A stretch of 38,644 nucleotides of DNA from a virus (lineage: Duplodnaviria > Heunggongvirae > Uroviricota > Caudoviricetes). The position numbers and the translations under genes are program-made. Where the stretch lies: IMG/VR virus record IMGVR_UViG_2850756110_000011. The stretch is one strand, 5' to 3'. Under the pieces are notes generated by a model, which was given only the letters and a program-made list of their open reading frames with translations, ran no database searches and had not been told where the DNA came from. This document shows positions 27,371 through 37,980 of this stretch, piece by piece; positions within the stretch are counted from its first letter, which is position 1, and every line of letters starts with the position of its first letter.

Positions 27371-27907
27371 TTACCATGCAGCCCTCACAATATAGTTAAA
27401 AGCGACATTTCGTGGGCGTGTTTCATTCGCACCTGCAGGTTTAGTCGTTGCCGCAACAACACCACCCTCTGTAATAGCCGGGTTGGGAATTGGGTAATTA
27501 TCGAAGTCAATGGCCGGAGACAGGGGCGTGATTTGTTTTAAAATCGTGGTGCCTGTAAAACTTTCCAGAGTCTGGTCGTTAGTTCGTGAAGTCCAGATTC
27601 CCCAATAGTGGTTATGACTGACAATCGCACCGTCCTGAAGCGTTAATAATCCCCTTCCGTTATCCACTCCACGTCCGTCATCCCAGCCACGAATAAACTC
27701 ACCGCGTAAATCAGGCAATTTATTTGTCGGGTAAGCCTTTGCCAGTTCCGGGTATTCTTCAGCAGAAAAAGCCGCACCATTGCATTTCAGCCAGCCTGTC
27801 GGCGGAGTGGCTGAAGGCCACGGAACAGGCACACCAACAGGTAATGCAGAGCCTTCTCCCAAACCAACGTTTAAGAAAATGCAGAGATAATGGCTAACTG
27901 GCATCAT
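27371..27907 (-). CDS. phage tail-fibre variable C-terminal segment with tail-collar domain; orphan alternative segment of an invertible tail-fibre locus (5' limit arbitrary)
   Basis: ...PVGVPVPWPSATPPTGWLKCNGAAFSAEEYPELAKAY...LPDLRGEFIRGWDDGRG...ETRPRNVAFNYIVRAAW; stop codon partly supplied by the IS1 end. Confidence 0.7.
   Translation of the reverse strand: MMPVSHYLCIFLNVGLGEGSALPVGVPVPWPSATPPTGWLKCNGAAFSAEEYPELAKAYPTNKLPDLRGEFIRGWDDGRGVDNGRGLLTLQDGAIVSHNHYWGIWTSRTNDQTLESFTGTTILKQITPLSPAIDFDNYPIPNPAITEGGVVAATTKPAGANETRPRNVAFNYIVRAAW
27854..27879. other. gix/hix-like recombination site for the adjacent invertase
   Basis: TTCTCCCAAACCAACGTTTAAGAAAA resembles my recollection of the 26-bp gix/hix sites (TTCCTGTAAACCGAGGTTTTGGATAA). 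Confidence 0.5.
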
Positions 27908-27934
27908 CCCCGGTTTTTATTCAGGGGATTGATC

Positions 27935-28501
27935 ATGCTTATTGGCTATGTACGCGTGTCAACAAATGACCAGAACACCGATTTGCAACGTAATGCACTG
28001 AACTGCGCGGGATGTGAGCGGATTTTTGAGGATAAAATCAGTGGCACTAAGCCCGACAGACCGGGGCTTAAAAAACTGCTCAGGACACTATCGGCAGGAG
28101 ACACGCTGGTTGTCTGGAAGCTGGACAGACTGGGACGCAGTATGCGGCATCTTGTTACGCTGATAGAAGAGTTGCGCCAGCGTGGTGTGAATTTCCGAAG
28201 CCTGACTGACAGTATTGATACCAGTACCCCAATGGGCCGTTTCTTTTTTCACGTCATGGGGGCTCTGGCTGAAATGGAACGTGAACTGATAGTTGAACGT
28301 ACCAGAGCAGGGCTGGCTGCAGCTCGTGCCAAAGGCAGAGTAGGTGGACTCCGTCCTAAGTTGACCACCGAACAGTGGGCACAGATTGGACGTTTACTCG
28401 AGGCCGGAGAATCAAGACAGCGTATTGCACTGATTTTTGATGTGGGCGTTTCTACCATTTATAGAAAATTTCCGGCGAATGAGAGCAATGAATCGCCCTG
28501 A
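27935..28501 (+). CDS. serine recombinase, DNA invertase of the Gin/Hin/Pin/Cin family
   Basis: MLIGYVRVSTNDQNTDLQRNAL...RLGRSMRHLVTLIEEL...GVSTIYRKF; catalytic Ser in the YVRVST motif, C-terminal HTH. Confidence 0.9.
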   Translation: MLIGYVRVSTNDQNTDLQRNALNCAGCERIFEDKISGTKPDRPGLKKLLRTLSAGDTLVVWKLDRLGRSMRHLVTLIEELRQRGVNFRSLTDSIDTSTPMGRFFFHVMGALAEMERELIVERTRAGLAAARAKGRVGGLRPKLTTEQWAQIGRLLEAGESRQRIALIFDVGVSTIYRKFPANESNESP

Positions 28502-28549
28502 GTCAGTATTATTTTGATTTTTCCTGTAAGCGGACAAATACCGTCATTT

Positions 28550-28567
28550 TGTGTGAATAACGACACA
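28550..28567. promoter_or_regulatory. P2-type late promoter activator site (TGT-N12-ACA) upstream of the sheath gene
   Basis: TGTGTGAATAACGACACA read directly, about 75 bp upstream of the FI start. Confidence 0.45.
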
Positions 28568-28643
28568 ACTGCGCTTAGCTGTTTGTCAGGCACAATCACT
28601 TCAACATAGGGCGAAGCCTAATCCAATCAGGAGGTTCGCCACT

Positions 28644-29816
28644 ATGGCTCAGGATTACCACCACGGGGTGCGCGTTGTTGAAGTCAACGAAGGCACCCGA
28701 TCCATTACCACGGTGAGCACCGCCATCGTGGGTATGGTCTGCACGGGCGATGATGCCGATGCAAAAATGTTTCCTCTTAATAAACCTGTGCTGATCACTG
28801 ATGTGCTGACCGCCAGCGGTAAAGCGGGTGAGTCTGGCACGCTGGCCCGTTCGCTGGATGCCATCGCTGACCAGGCAAAACCCGTGACCGTTGTTGTGCG
28901 TGTGCCGCAGGGTGAAACGGAAGAAGAAACCACAACCAATATCATTGGCGCAGTGACCGCCGAGGGTAAAAAAACAGGTATGAAAGCCCTGTTATCTGCC
29001 CAGTCACAGCTCGGCGTTAAACCGCGCATTCTCGGCGTGCCAGGTCACGACACGAAGGCGGTAGCTACTGAGTTGCTGAGCGTGGCGCAAAGCCTGCGTG
29101 GATTTGCTTACCTGTCAGCGTATGGTTGCAAGACGGTGCAGGAAGCAATCACTTACCGTGAAAACTTCAGTCAGCGTGAAGGAATGCTGATCTGGCCCGA
29201 CTTTACTGGCTGGGACACGGTGCTGAATGCCGAAGCAACGGCTTATGCCACCGCCCGTGCGCTCGGTCTGCGCGCTAAAATTGATGAGCAGACCGGATGG
29301 CACAAAAGCCTGTCCAACGTGGGCGTGAACGGTGTCACCGGAATTTCTGCTGATGTGTTCTGGGATCTGCAGAACCCGGCAACCGATGCAGGTCTGCTTA
29401 ACCAGAACGATATCACCACGCTTATCCGCAAAGACGGTTTCCGCTTCTGGGGTTCCCGCTGTCTGAGCGATGATCCGCTCTTTGCCTTCGAAAACTACAC
29501 CCGCACGGCGCAGGTGCTGATGGACACGATGGCAGAAGCGCACATGTGGGCGGTGGACAAACCGCTGAACCCGTCGCTGGCCCGCGACATTATCGAAGGT
29601 ATCCGCGCCAAAATGCGTAGCCTGGTCAGTCAGGGCTATCTCATTGGTGGTGATTGCTGGCTGGACGAGTCGGTGAACGATAAAGACACGCTGAAAGCCG
29701 GGAAACTCACCATCGATTACGACTACACGCCAGTGCCGCCACTTGAAAACCTGATGCTGCGTCAGCGCATCACCGATCAGTACCTGGTGAATTTCTCCAG
29801 CCAGGTCAGCGCGTAA
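28644..29816 (+). CDS. contractile tail sheath protein, P2 gpFI-like
   Basis: 390 aa, P2 FI-sized, followed by tube gene. Confidence 0.9.
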   Translation: MAQDYHHGVRVVEVNEGTRSITTVSTAIVGMVCTGDDADAKMFPLNKPVLITDVLTASGKAGESGTLARSLDAIADQAKPVTVVVRVPQGETEEETTTNIIGAVTAEGKKTGMKALLSAQSQLGVKPRILGVPGHDTKAVATELLSVAQSLRGFAYLSAYGCKTVQEAITYRENFSQREGMLIWPDFTGWDTVLNAEATAYATARALGLRAKIDEQTGWHKSLSNVGVNGVTGISADVFWDLQNPATDAGLLNQNDITTLIRKDGFRFWGSRCLSDDPLFAFENYTRTAQVLMDTMAEAHMWAVDKPLNPSLARDIIEGIRAKMRSLVSQGYLIGGDCWLDESVNDKDTLKAGKLTIDYDYTPVPPLENLMLRQRITDQYLVNFSSQVSA

Positions 29817-29825
29817 GGGGACAAC

Positions 29826-30341
29826 ATGGCTTTACCACGCAAATTAAAACACCTGAACCTGTTTAACGACGGGAACAACTGGCAGGGGATCGTTGAGTCG
29901 CTGACGCTGCCGAAATTCACCCGCAAATATGAGAAGTATCGCGGCGGCGGTATGCCCGGAGCGGTGGATGTGGATCTGGGACTGGATGACAGTGCACTGG
30001 ATACAGAATTTTCCATTGGTGGTACTGAACTGCTGCTGTTTAAGCAGATGGGCAAAGCCACGGTGGATGGCATCCAGCTGCGCTTTACCGGCTCTATTCA
30101 GCGTGATGATACCGGGGAAGTGCAGGCCGTGGAGCTTGTGGTGCGTGGACGTCACAAAGAAGTAGATTCCGGCGAGTGGAAGACGGGCGAAAGCAACACT
30201 ACCAAAGTGACCAGTACCAACAGCTACGCGAAGCTGACCATCAATGGTGAGGTGCTCTATGAAGTGGACCTGATCAACATGGTGGAAATTGTGGACGGTG
30301 TGGACCTGATGGAAGCGCACCGCAACGCCCTCGGCCTCTGA
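29826..30341 (+). CDS. tail tube protein, P2 gpFII-like
   Basis: 171 aa. Confidence 0.9.
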   Translation: MALPRKLKHLNLFNDGNNWQGIVESLTLPKFTRKYEKYRGGGMPGAVDVDLGLDDSALDTEFSIGGTELLLFKQMGKATVDGIQLRFTGSIQRDDTGEVQAVELVVRGRHKEVDSGEWKTGESNTTKVTSTNSYAKLTINGEVLYEVDLINMVEIVDGVDLMEAHRNALGL

Positions 30342-30395
30342 TGTATCTGAACGGCGCGGAATGCCGCGCCAGAACCTAATTTACAGGACAACAAA

Positions 30396-30698
30396 ATGAG
30401 CGATAAGCAGACTGAAAAGACCATTCAACTGGATACTCCCATCATGCGCGGTAAAACAGAAATTACCGAAATTGTGTTGCGTAAACCGCAGTCCGGTGCG
30501 CTGCGCGGCACACGCCTGCAGGCCATTATGGATATGGATGTGAACGCGATGATGACCGTGATCCCCCGCATCTCCAGTCCGGCACTGACTGCACAGGAAA
30601 TTGCAGAGATGGACCCGGCAGATCTCACTGCCATGTCGGTTGAGGTTGTCACTTTTTTGTTGAAGAAGTCGGTGCTTGCCGGTTTACCGACAGCCTGA
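30396..30698 (+). CDS. tail assembly chaperone, P2 gpE-like
   Basis: 100 aa ending ...VVTFLLKKSVLAGLPTA; contains slippery TTTTTTG. Confidence 0.8.
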   Translation: MSDKQTEKTIQLDTPIMRGKTEITEIVLRKPQSGALRGTRLQAIMDMDVNAMMTVIPRISSPALTAQEIAEMDPADLTAMSVEVVTFLLKKSVLAGLPTA

Positions 30699-30832
30699 CG
30701 GTTGACGATCTGGTGGCTGATATCGCCACCATCTTTCACTGGCCGCCATCCGTTACTGACGTTATGCCGCTGACCGAAGTGCTGGAATGGCGGGATAAAG
30801 CGATTCAGAGAAGCGGGGCCAGCCATGAGTGA
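30396..30832 (+). CDS. tail assembly chaperone extended form (gpE+E'-like) by programmed -1 frameshift at TTTTTTG (30653-30659)
   Basis: -1 frame after the heptamer is open for 58 codons (FFVEEVGACRFTDSLTVDDLVADIATIFHWPP...WRDKAIQRSGASHE) and ends overlapping the tape-measure start. Confidence 0.6.
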
Positions 30833-33800
30833 CAATAACCTGCGTCTGCAGGTGATTCTTAATGCGGTTGACAAACTCACCCGCCCATTTCGATCCGCGC
30901 AGGCCAGTTCAAGAGAACTGGCTGCTGCTGTCAAAAAATCCCGCGATGCAATAAAGCAGCTTGATCAGGCCGGGAGCAGTCTGGACAGCTTCCGAAAGCT
31001 GCAGGCAGAAAATCAGAAATTAGGCGACAGGCTGAACTATGCCCGCCAGCGTGCAAATTTGCTCAGTCAGGAACTGGGAGCGATGGGGCCGCCTTCGCAA
31101 CGTCAGGTTGTTGCTCTGGGCCGTCAACGGCTGGCTGTTCAGCGCCTGGAAGAACGCCAGAAAAAGCTGCAGCAGCAGACGGCGCTTGTGCGTGCAGAAC
31201 TTTATCGTGCTGGTATTTCAGCTAATGATGGCGCCAGTGCGACGGCCCGCATTACCCGTGAAACGATGCGTTATAACAGGCAGCTTTCTGAGCAGGAAGC
31301 GAGGTTACGACGTGTCGGGGAGCAACAGCGAAAAATGCACGCCGCCCGGGGGCTTACGCCAGGCGTCTTGAGGTAAGGGATCGTATTGCAGGTGCCGGAG
31401 CCACCACCACGGCTGCAGGGCTGGCAATGGGCGCACCAGTGATGGCGGCAGTAAAAAGCTATACCAGCATGGAAGATGCCATGAAAGGTGTGGCAAAGCA
31501 GGTCAATGGTCTGCGTGACGATAATGGCAACCGCACTGCGCGTTTTTACGAAATGCAGGGTGCCATCAAGGCTGCCAGCGAACAGTTGCCGATGGAAAAC
31601 GGTGCTGTGGACTTCGCCGCACTGGTTGAAGGTGGTGCGCGCATGAACGTCGCAAACCCTGACGACAGCTGGGAAGACCAGAAACGTGACCTGCTGGCCT
31701 TCGCCAGCACGGCGGCAAAGGCGGCAACAGCCTTTGAACTGCCAGCGGATGAACTGTCAGAAAGTCTGGGGAAAATCGCCCAGCTCTACAAAATCCCTAC
31801 CCGCAATATTGAGCAGCTCGGTGATGCGCTGAACTATCTGGATGATAACGCCATGTCGAAAGGGGCGGACATCATTGATGTCATGCAACGCCTGGGCGGT
31901 GTGGCTGACCGTCTGGATTATCGTAAAGCGGCGGCGCTGGGTTCCACCTTCCTGACACTCGGCGCTGCGCCTGAGGTTGCAGCCAGTGCAGCAAACGCGA
32001 TGGTGCGTGAATTGTCCATTGCCACCATGCAAAGCAAGAGTTTCTTTGAAGGGATGAATCTGCTGAAACTCAATCCAGAAGTGATTGAAAAGCAGATGAC
32101 GAAGGATGCGATGGGAACTATCCAGCGGGTGCTGGAGAAGGTGAATGCGCTGCCACAGGATAAGCGCCTGTCTGCCATGACCATGTTGTTTGGTAAAGAG
32201 TTTGGCGATGACGCAGCGAAACTGGCAAACAACCTGCCGGAACTTCAGCGCCAGTTAAAACTGACTGCGGGCAATGATGCGCTCGGTTCCATGCAGAAAG
32301 AATCCGACATCAACAAGGATTCACTTTCTGCTCAGTGGTTGCTGGTCAAAACCGGAGCACAGAACACCTTCAGCAGCCTGGGGGAAACGCTGCGCCAGCC
32401 GCTGATGGATATTCTGTACACGGTGAAAAGCGTCACGGGGGCGTTGCGTCGCTGGGTGGAAGCTAACCCGGAACTGACGGGCACTCTGATGAAAGTAGCC
32501 GCTGTGGTAGCTGCCGTTACCGTGGGCCTCGGCACCTTAGAGGTGGCGCTGGCTGCAGTGCTGGGGCCGCTGGCAGTCATCCGTCTGGGATTCTCTGTGC
32601 TGGGTATCAAAACGTTACCTTCCGTTACGGCAGCAGTAACCCGAACCAGCAACGCGTTGTCCTGGCTGGCTGGCGCACCACTGGCACTGCTGCGACGCGG
32701 GCTTGCTTCATCGGGCAACGCTGCAGGTTTACTTACTGCGCCGTTGTCGTCTTTGCGCCGCACGGCATCACTGACGGGAAATGTCCTGAAAACTGTAGCA
32801 GGTGCGCCGGTTGCACTTTTGCGGGTCTGGATTATCCGGTTTACGTGCGGTTGCTGTGATGTTTATGAATCCACTGGCGGTACTACGCGGCGGACTGGCT
32901 GCCACAGGCACGGTGCTGCGTATGCTCGCATCCGGTCCACTGGCGATGCTGCGCGTTGCCCTGTATGCCGTCTCTGGTCTGTTAGGTGCTCTGCTCAGTC
33001 TGATAGGTCTTGTGGTTACTGCACTGGCGGGTGTGGCGCTGGTTGTCTGGAAATACTGGCAGCCCATCACCACATTTCTCGGTGGCGTGGTGGAAGGATT
33101 CAAAGCGGCGGCAGGTCCTGTCAGTGCCGCGTTCGAACCGCTTAAGCCTGTGTTCCAGTGGATTGGCGACAAAGTACAGGCGCTGTGGGGCTGGTTTACT
33201 GATCTGCTGACGCCCGTTAAGTCGACCTCTGCCGAACTGCAGAGTGCAGCGGCAATGGGGCGACGATTCGGGGAGGCTCTGGCGGAAGGGCTGAATATGG
33301 TCATGCATCCGCTGGACTCCCTGAAATCCGGCGTTTCCTGGTTGCTGGAGAAACTTGGCATTGTCAGTAAAGAGGCCGCAAAGGCGAAACTGCCGGAAAG
33401 CGTGACGCGTCAGCAACCTGCGACGGTGAATGCAGACGGTAAAGTGATGATGCCATCGGGTGGTTTTCCGTCATGGGGATATGGCTTTGCGGGGATGTAT
33501 GACAGCGGCGGGTATATCCCGCGCGGGCAGTTTGGCATCGTCGGTGAAAACGGGCCGGAAATTGTTAACGGCCCGGCAAATGTGACCAGCCGGAGAAATA
33601 CAGCTGCACTGGCTGCCGTTGTTGCCGGAATGATGGGTGTTGCTGCTACGCCAGCAGAGCTTCCACCGTTGCACCCTTTGGCACTTCCCGCGAAAGGCGG
33701 TGAAGCGATGGTGAGTCGTGCAGCCACTGTGCCGCCCGTTCAACGGATTGAGGCACCGATGCAGATCATCATTCAAACGCAGCCAGGACAAAGTGCGCAG

Positions 33801-33902
33801 GATATTGCGCGGAAGGTGGCCCGCCAGCTTGATGAACGTGAACGCAGGCTGAAGGCAAAAGCCAGGAGTAACTACAGCGATCAGGGGGGATACGACGCAT
33901 GA
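30825..33902 (+). pseudogene. tail tape measure protein (gpT-like), split into three ORFs by a -1 frameshift near 31330 and a +1 frameshift near 32820
   Basis: ORFs 30825-31376, 31427-33145 and 32802-33902 are each tape-measure-like (coiled coil, then GAPLALLR-type repeats); frames differ by -1 then +1. Confidence 0.8.
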
Positions 33903-34384
33903 TGATGGTGCTGGGATTGTACGTGTTTATGCTGCGCACCGTGCCGTATCAGGAGCTGCAGTATCAACGCAGCTGGCGACATGCGGCAAACAGCCGGGTA
34001 AACCGACGCCCGTCAACGCAGTTTCTGGGACCGGACAACGACATGCTGACGCTTTCTGGTGTTCTTATGCCGGAGGTAACGGGCGGCAGGCTGTCGTTGC
34101 TGGCTCTGGAGCAGATGGCAGAACAGGGAAAAGCATGGCCCCTGATTGAAGGCAGCGGCACGATTTACGGCATGTATGTGATTGAGGGACTGAATCAGAC
34201 TAAAACGGAGTTTTTCCGCGACGGTATGCCGCGCCGGATTGAGTTCACCCTGTCGCTAAAACGCGTGGATGAATCCCTGTCCGATATGTTCGGTGATCTC
34301 AGTGCGCAACTGAATAATCTGCAGGGAACGGCAACATCTGCCTTAAGCGATATCAGTAAAACGGTGGGAGGGCTGCTGTCGTGA
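33899..34384 (+). CDS. tail protein, P2 gpU-like
   Basis: 161 aa, overlapping stop/start with T and D. Confidence 0.85.
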   Translation: MMMVLGLYVFMLRTVPYQELQYQRSWRHAANSRVNRRPSTQFLGPDNDMLTLSGVLMPEVTGGRLSLLALEQMAEQGKAWPLIEGSGTIYGMYVIEGLNQTKTEFFRDGMPRRIEFTLSLKRVDESLSDMFGDLSAQLNNLQGTATSALSDISKTVGGLLS

Positions 34385-35481
34385 ATTTCAGCTCTGAACT
34401 GCTTAACAAAGGCAACAAAACTCCGGCATTCAGCATCAGTATTGAAGGCAGGGATATCACCACTGTGCTGGACAACCGCCTGATGGGGCTGACGCTGACG
34501 GATAACCGGGGCTTTGAGGCGGACCAGCTTGATCTGGAGCTGGACGACGCCGATGGAAAAATCGTGCTGCCGCGCCGTGGGGCTGTCATTACGCTGGCGC
34601 TGGGCTGGAAGGGACAGCCGCTTTTCCCGAAAGGGGCATTCACGGTGGACGAGATTGAACACACTGGCGCACCGGATCGCCTGACTATCCGGGCGCGAAG
34701 TGCTGATTTTCGTGAAACGCTGAATACCCGCCGTGAAAAGTCGTGGCACAAGACCACCGTTGGGGAAGTGGTGAAGGAAATAGCTGCGCGGCACAAACTG
34801 AAGATGGCATTGGGTGAAGACTTGTCGGATAAACTCGTGGAGCATATAGACCAGACTAATGAGAGTGACGGCAGTTTTTTGATGCGGCTGGCGCGCCAGT
34901 ACGGTGCTATTGCGTCGGTGAAAAATGGCAATCTGTTATTCATCCGGCAGGGGCAGGGTAAAAGCGCCAGCGGTAAACCACTACCGGTGATCACTATCAC
35001 ACGCAAGGACGGCGACAGTCACCGCTTTACCCTGGCAGATCGCGGAGCTTACACGGGCGTCATTGCCAGCTGGTTGCATACCCGCGAACCCGCGAAGAAA
35101 GAAAGCACCACTGTGAAGCGTAAGCGCAGGACTAAGAAGCAGAAGAAAGAGCCGGAAGCGAAGCAGGGCGATTACCTGGTGGGTACGGATGAAAACGTGC
35201 TGGTACTTAATCGCACTTATGCCAACCGGAGCAACGCCGAACGGGCAGCGAAAATGCAGTGGGAACGCCTGCAACGCGGCGTTGCATCATTCTCGCTACA
35301 ACTGGCGGAAGGGCGGGCAGATCTCTACACAGAAATGCCTGTGAAGGTCAGTGGCTTTAAACAGCCGATAGATGATGCGGAATGGACCATTACGACTCTG
35401 ACGCATACTGTCAGCCCGGATAACGGTTTTACGACCAGTCTGGAGCTTGAAGTGAGGATTGATGATTTCGAAATGGAATGA
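34381..35481 (+). CDS. tail protein, P2 gpD-like
   Basis: 366 aa, P2 gpD-sized. Confidence 0.9.
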   Translation: MNFSSELLNKGNKTPAFSISIEGRDITTVLDNRLMGLTLTDNRGFEADQLDLELDDADGKIVLPRRGAVITLALGWKGQPLFPKGAFTVDEIEHTGAPDRLTIRARSADFRETLNTRREKSWHKTTVGEVVKEIAARHKLKMALGEDLSDKLVEHIDQTNESDGSFLMRLARQYGAIASVKNGNLLFIRQGQGKSASGKPLPVITITRKDGDSHRFTLADRGAYTGVIASWLHTREPAKKESTTVKRKRRTKKQKKEPEAKQGDYLVGTDENVLVLNRTYANRSNAERAAKMQWERLQRGVASFSLQLAEGRADLYTEMPVKVSGFKQPIDDAEWTITTLTHTVSPDNGFTTSLELEVRIDDFEME

Positions 35482-35571
35482 TTCTTCGCAATGGAGAACT
35501 TTTAAGTTTGCAAAATGGAATAATGCGGTATCATTATTGTGAATTTAGCAAAAATGGGGAGAACTCGAAAA

Positions 35572-35790
35572 ATGATGATTTGCCCACTGTGTGGAAGTGC
35601 CGCCCATACTCGCAGCAGTTTTCAGGTATCTTCATTGACCAAAGAGCGTTACAACCAGTGCCAGAACATTAACTGCAGCCATACTTTTGTTACCCATGAA
35701 ACTTTTGTTCGTTCGATTGCAACGCCAAAAGAGTCAAATCCGGTTCAGCCGCATCCAATGAAATCAGGACAGGTGGCGCTCTCTCTTTGA
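35572..35790 (+). CDS. ogr: Ogr-family zinc-finger late transcription activator
   Basis: MMICPLCGSAAHTRSS...KERYNQCQNINCSHTF... (C-x2-C...C-x4-C) resembles my recollection of P2 Ogr. Confidence 0.8.
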   Translation: MMICPLCGSAAHTRSSFQVSSLTKERYNQCQNINCSHTFVTHETFVRSIATPKESNPVQPHPMKSGQVALSL

Positions 35791-35868
35791 CGCTGCCGCC
35801 ATTTTGTCGCCATCGTTAAAAAACAGTGCTTCTAACATCATGATTTTAAAAGGCATAAATTTCAGACA

Positions 35869-35914
35869 ACAAAAAACCCATCAACCTTGAACCGAAATGG
35901 CGGGGTTGATGGGC
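35869..35914 (-). terminator. Rho-independent terminator candidate for ybjL (stem CCCATCAACC/GGTTGATGGG, U-tract on the minus strand)
   Basis: Read directly: AAAAAACCCATCAACC...GGTTGATGGG on the plus strand. Confidence 0.45.
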
Positions 35915-36025
35915 TCCACAAAATGGGGACATCAAAGAAAAGCAGTGGCACTAATTAAGACTGATGCCCTGCGGAAAAGTTCTGCGGTTGTGCAAAAAAA
36001 TTTCATTTTCAGGGCAACTTCAGTT

Positions 36026-37711
36026 TTATCCTAATCCTGGCCATACCATGACGATGATTGTCCCTGCCAGCGTCAGCAGGACGTTGGCGATTGCGTAGGT
36101 GCCCGCATAGCCCAGCGCAGGGATGTTACTGCGAGCTGTATCACTGATGATCTCCATTGCCGGCGCGCAGGTGCGTGCGCCCATCATTGCGCCGAACAAC
36201 AGTGCGCGGTTCATTCGCAATACATAAGCACCGAACAAGAAACAGATAACCACGGGCACAAGACTGACAATTAATCCGGCAATCAACATCTGACCGCCAA
36301 TCGCGGCCAGGCCGTTATTAATACCGCTACCGGCGCTCAGACCAACGCCTGCCATAAACACCATCAAGCCGAACTCTTTCACCATGCTTAATGCACCTTG
36401 CGGAATGTAACCGAAGGTCGGGTGGTTAGCACGCATAAAGCCCAGCATAATTCCGGCGAATAACAACCCGGCAGCGTTCCCCATGCCGAAACTGAATGTG
36501 CTGAACTGGAAGGTGATCATCCCGATCATCAGCCCAATAACAAAGAAGGCGCAAAATGCCAGCAGGTCAGTGACCTGGCTGTGAATCGAGATAAAGCCGA
36601 TGCGATCGGCAATGGTTTTTACGCGACGGGCATCACCGCTGACTTGTAAAACGTCACCTTTGTTAAGCACGACGTTGTCATCTATCGGCATCTCAATCTG
36701 GCTACGAATGACGCGGTTAAGGAAGCAACCGTGATCGGTCAACTTCAGTTGTGCGAGACGTTTACCTACAGCGTTATGGTTTTTAACGACCACTTCTTCA
36801 GTGACGATACGCATGTCGAGAAGGTCACGATCGAAAACTTCTTTACCGTTACGGAAGCTGGGATCGAGTCGGGCATGGGCGTCGGGATAGCCTACCAACG
36901 CTATTTCATCGCCCATTTGTAGCACGGCATCACCGTCTGGATTTGCCAGAATCCCGTTACGTCGAATACGTTCAATGTAGCAGCCGGTTTGTCGATAAAT
37001 ACCCAGTTCACGCAGATTTTTGCCGTCGGTCCAGGCCACCAGCTCCGGGCCGACGCGATAGGCGCGGATCACCGGTAAATAAACCTTACGGTTGGCATCA
37101 GTGTCCAGGCCACGTTCGCGGGCGATTTGCTGGGCGCTGGTCTGTAAGTCCTGATGCTGCAATTTCGGCAAGTAACGCGCACCAACAATCAAACTCACCA
37201 GACCGATTAAATAGGTTAAGGCATACCCGAGGCTCAGATTATCCAGTGCCAGTGAGAGCTGCCTGCTTTCCATGCCGGAATGACGCAGTGTATCGCCAGC
37301 ACCGACCAGAACCGGTGTCGACGTCATAGAGCCTGCTAACATACCGGCCGTCAGGCCAATATCCCAGCCAAACAGCTTACCTAACCCTAAGGCGATCACC
37401 AGCGCACTGCCAACCATCACCAGTGCTAACATTAGGTAATTTTTCCCATCGCGAAAAAAAATGGAAAAAAAGTTCGGTCCGGCTTCGACCCCGACGCAGA
37501 AAATAAACAGCATAAAGCCAAGATTAAGCGCATCGGTGTTAATGCTGAAATGTTGTTGGCCTAATAACAGCGATACGACTAAAACGCCAATGGAATTACC
37601 CAGTTGGATCGAACCAAGTCGTAACTTTCCGAGACATAGCCCAAGCGCGAGGACCACAAATAATAACAGAATGTAATTCCCATTTAACAATTCGGCGACG
37701 TTTATATTCAC
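36026..37711 (-). CDS. ybjL: putative AAE-family transporter YbjL (chromosomal)
   Basis: 561 aa, [34 protein letters not shown]..., matches my recollection of E. coli YbjL. Confidence 0.9.
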   Translation of the reverse strand: MNINVAELLNGNYILLLFVVLALGLCLGKLRLGSIQLGNSIGVLVVSLLLGQQHFSINTDALNLGFMLFIFCVGVEAGPNFFSIFFRDGKNYLMLALVMVGSALVIALGLGKLFGWDIGLTAGMLAGSMTSTPVLVGAGDTLRHSGMESRQLSLALDNLSLGYALTYLIGLVSLIVGARYLPKLQHQDLQTSAQQIARERGLDTDANRKVYLPVIRAYRVGPELVAWTDGKNLRELGIYRQTGCYIERIRRNGILANPDGDAVLQMGDEIALVGYPDAHARLDPSFRNGKEVFDRDLLDMRIVTEEVVVKNHNAVGKRLAQLKLTDHGCFLNRVIRSQIEMPIDDNVVLNKGDVLQVSGDARRVKTIADRIGFISIHSQVTDLLAFCAFFVIGLMIGMITFQFSTFSFGMGNAAGLLFAGIMLGFMRANHPTFGYIPQGALSMVKEFGLMVFMAGVGLSAGSGINNGLAAIGGQMLIAGLIVSLVPVVICFLFGAYVLRMNRALLFGAMMGARTCAPAMEIISDTARSNIPALGYAGTYAIANVLLTLAGTIIVMVWPGLG

Positions 37712-37980
37712 GGAGGCTAACTTCTTGTTTACTAGTAAGCTGTTGAAAGAAATGGTAATTTACGATAATGTTTTTTACCAGAATTCAGGGCGCAGATTCA
37801 TTCAGCGCACCTAAACGATAGTAAAGTAACAATGTATTTTACTAGTGTAATCACATTAGGTATCAACGGCTATATGAATTGCGTTGGCCTATATTAGCAT
37901 GGAATGCGAAGCGGCTTTATCTTACTGAACGCCACACTGGCGAAAAATGTGTTCGATAGACGCAGTGTCAGGAGGAACGA

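Larger units (their letters stand above)
26608..27375 (+). mobile_element. IS1 (variant), copy 2, complete 768 bp, no target duplication
   Basis: GGTAATGCTGCCAACTTACTG...CAGTAAGTTGGCAGCATTACC terminal repeats; 9-bp flanks TTAATGTCC and ATGCAGCCC differ. Confidence 0.9.

Noticed and set aside
31427-33145. C-terminal about 100 codons of the 572-aa ORF call (Cys/Arg-rich tail after ...APVALLR)
   Set aside because: Out-of-frame read-through past the +1 frameshift in the tape-measure gene; the real continuation is the ORF starting at 32802.
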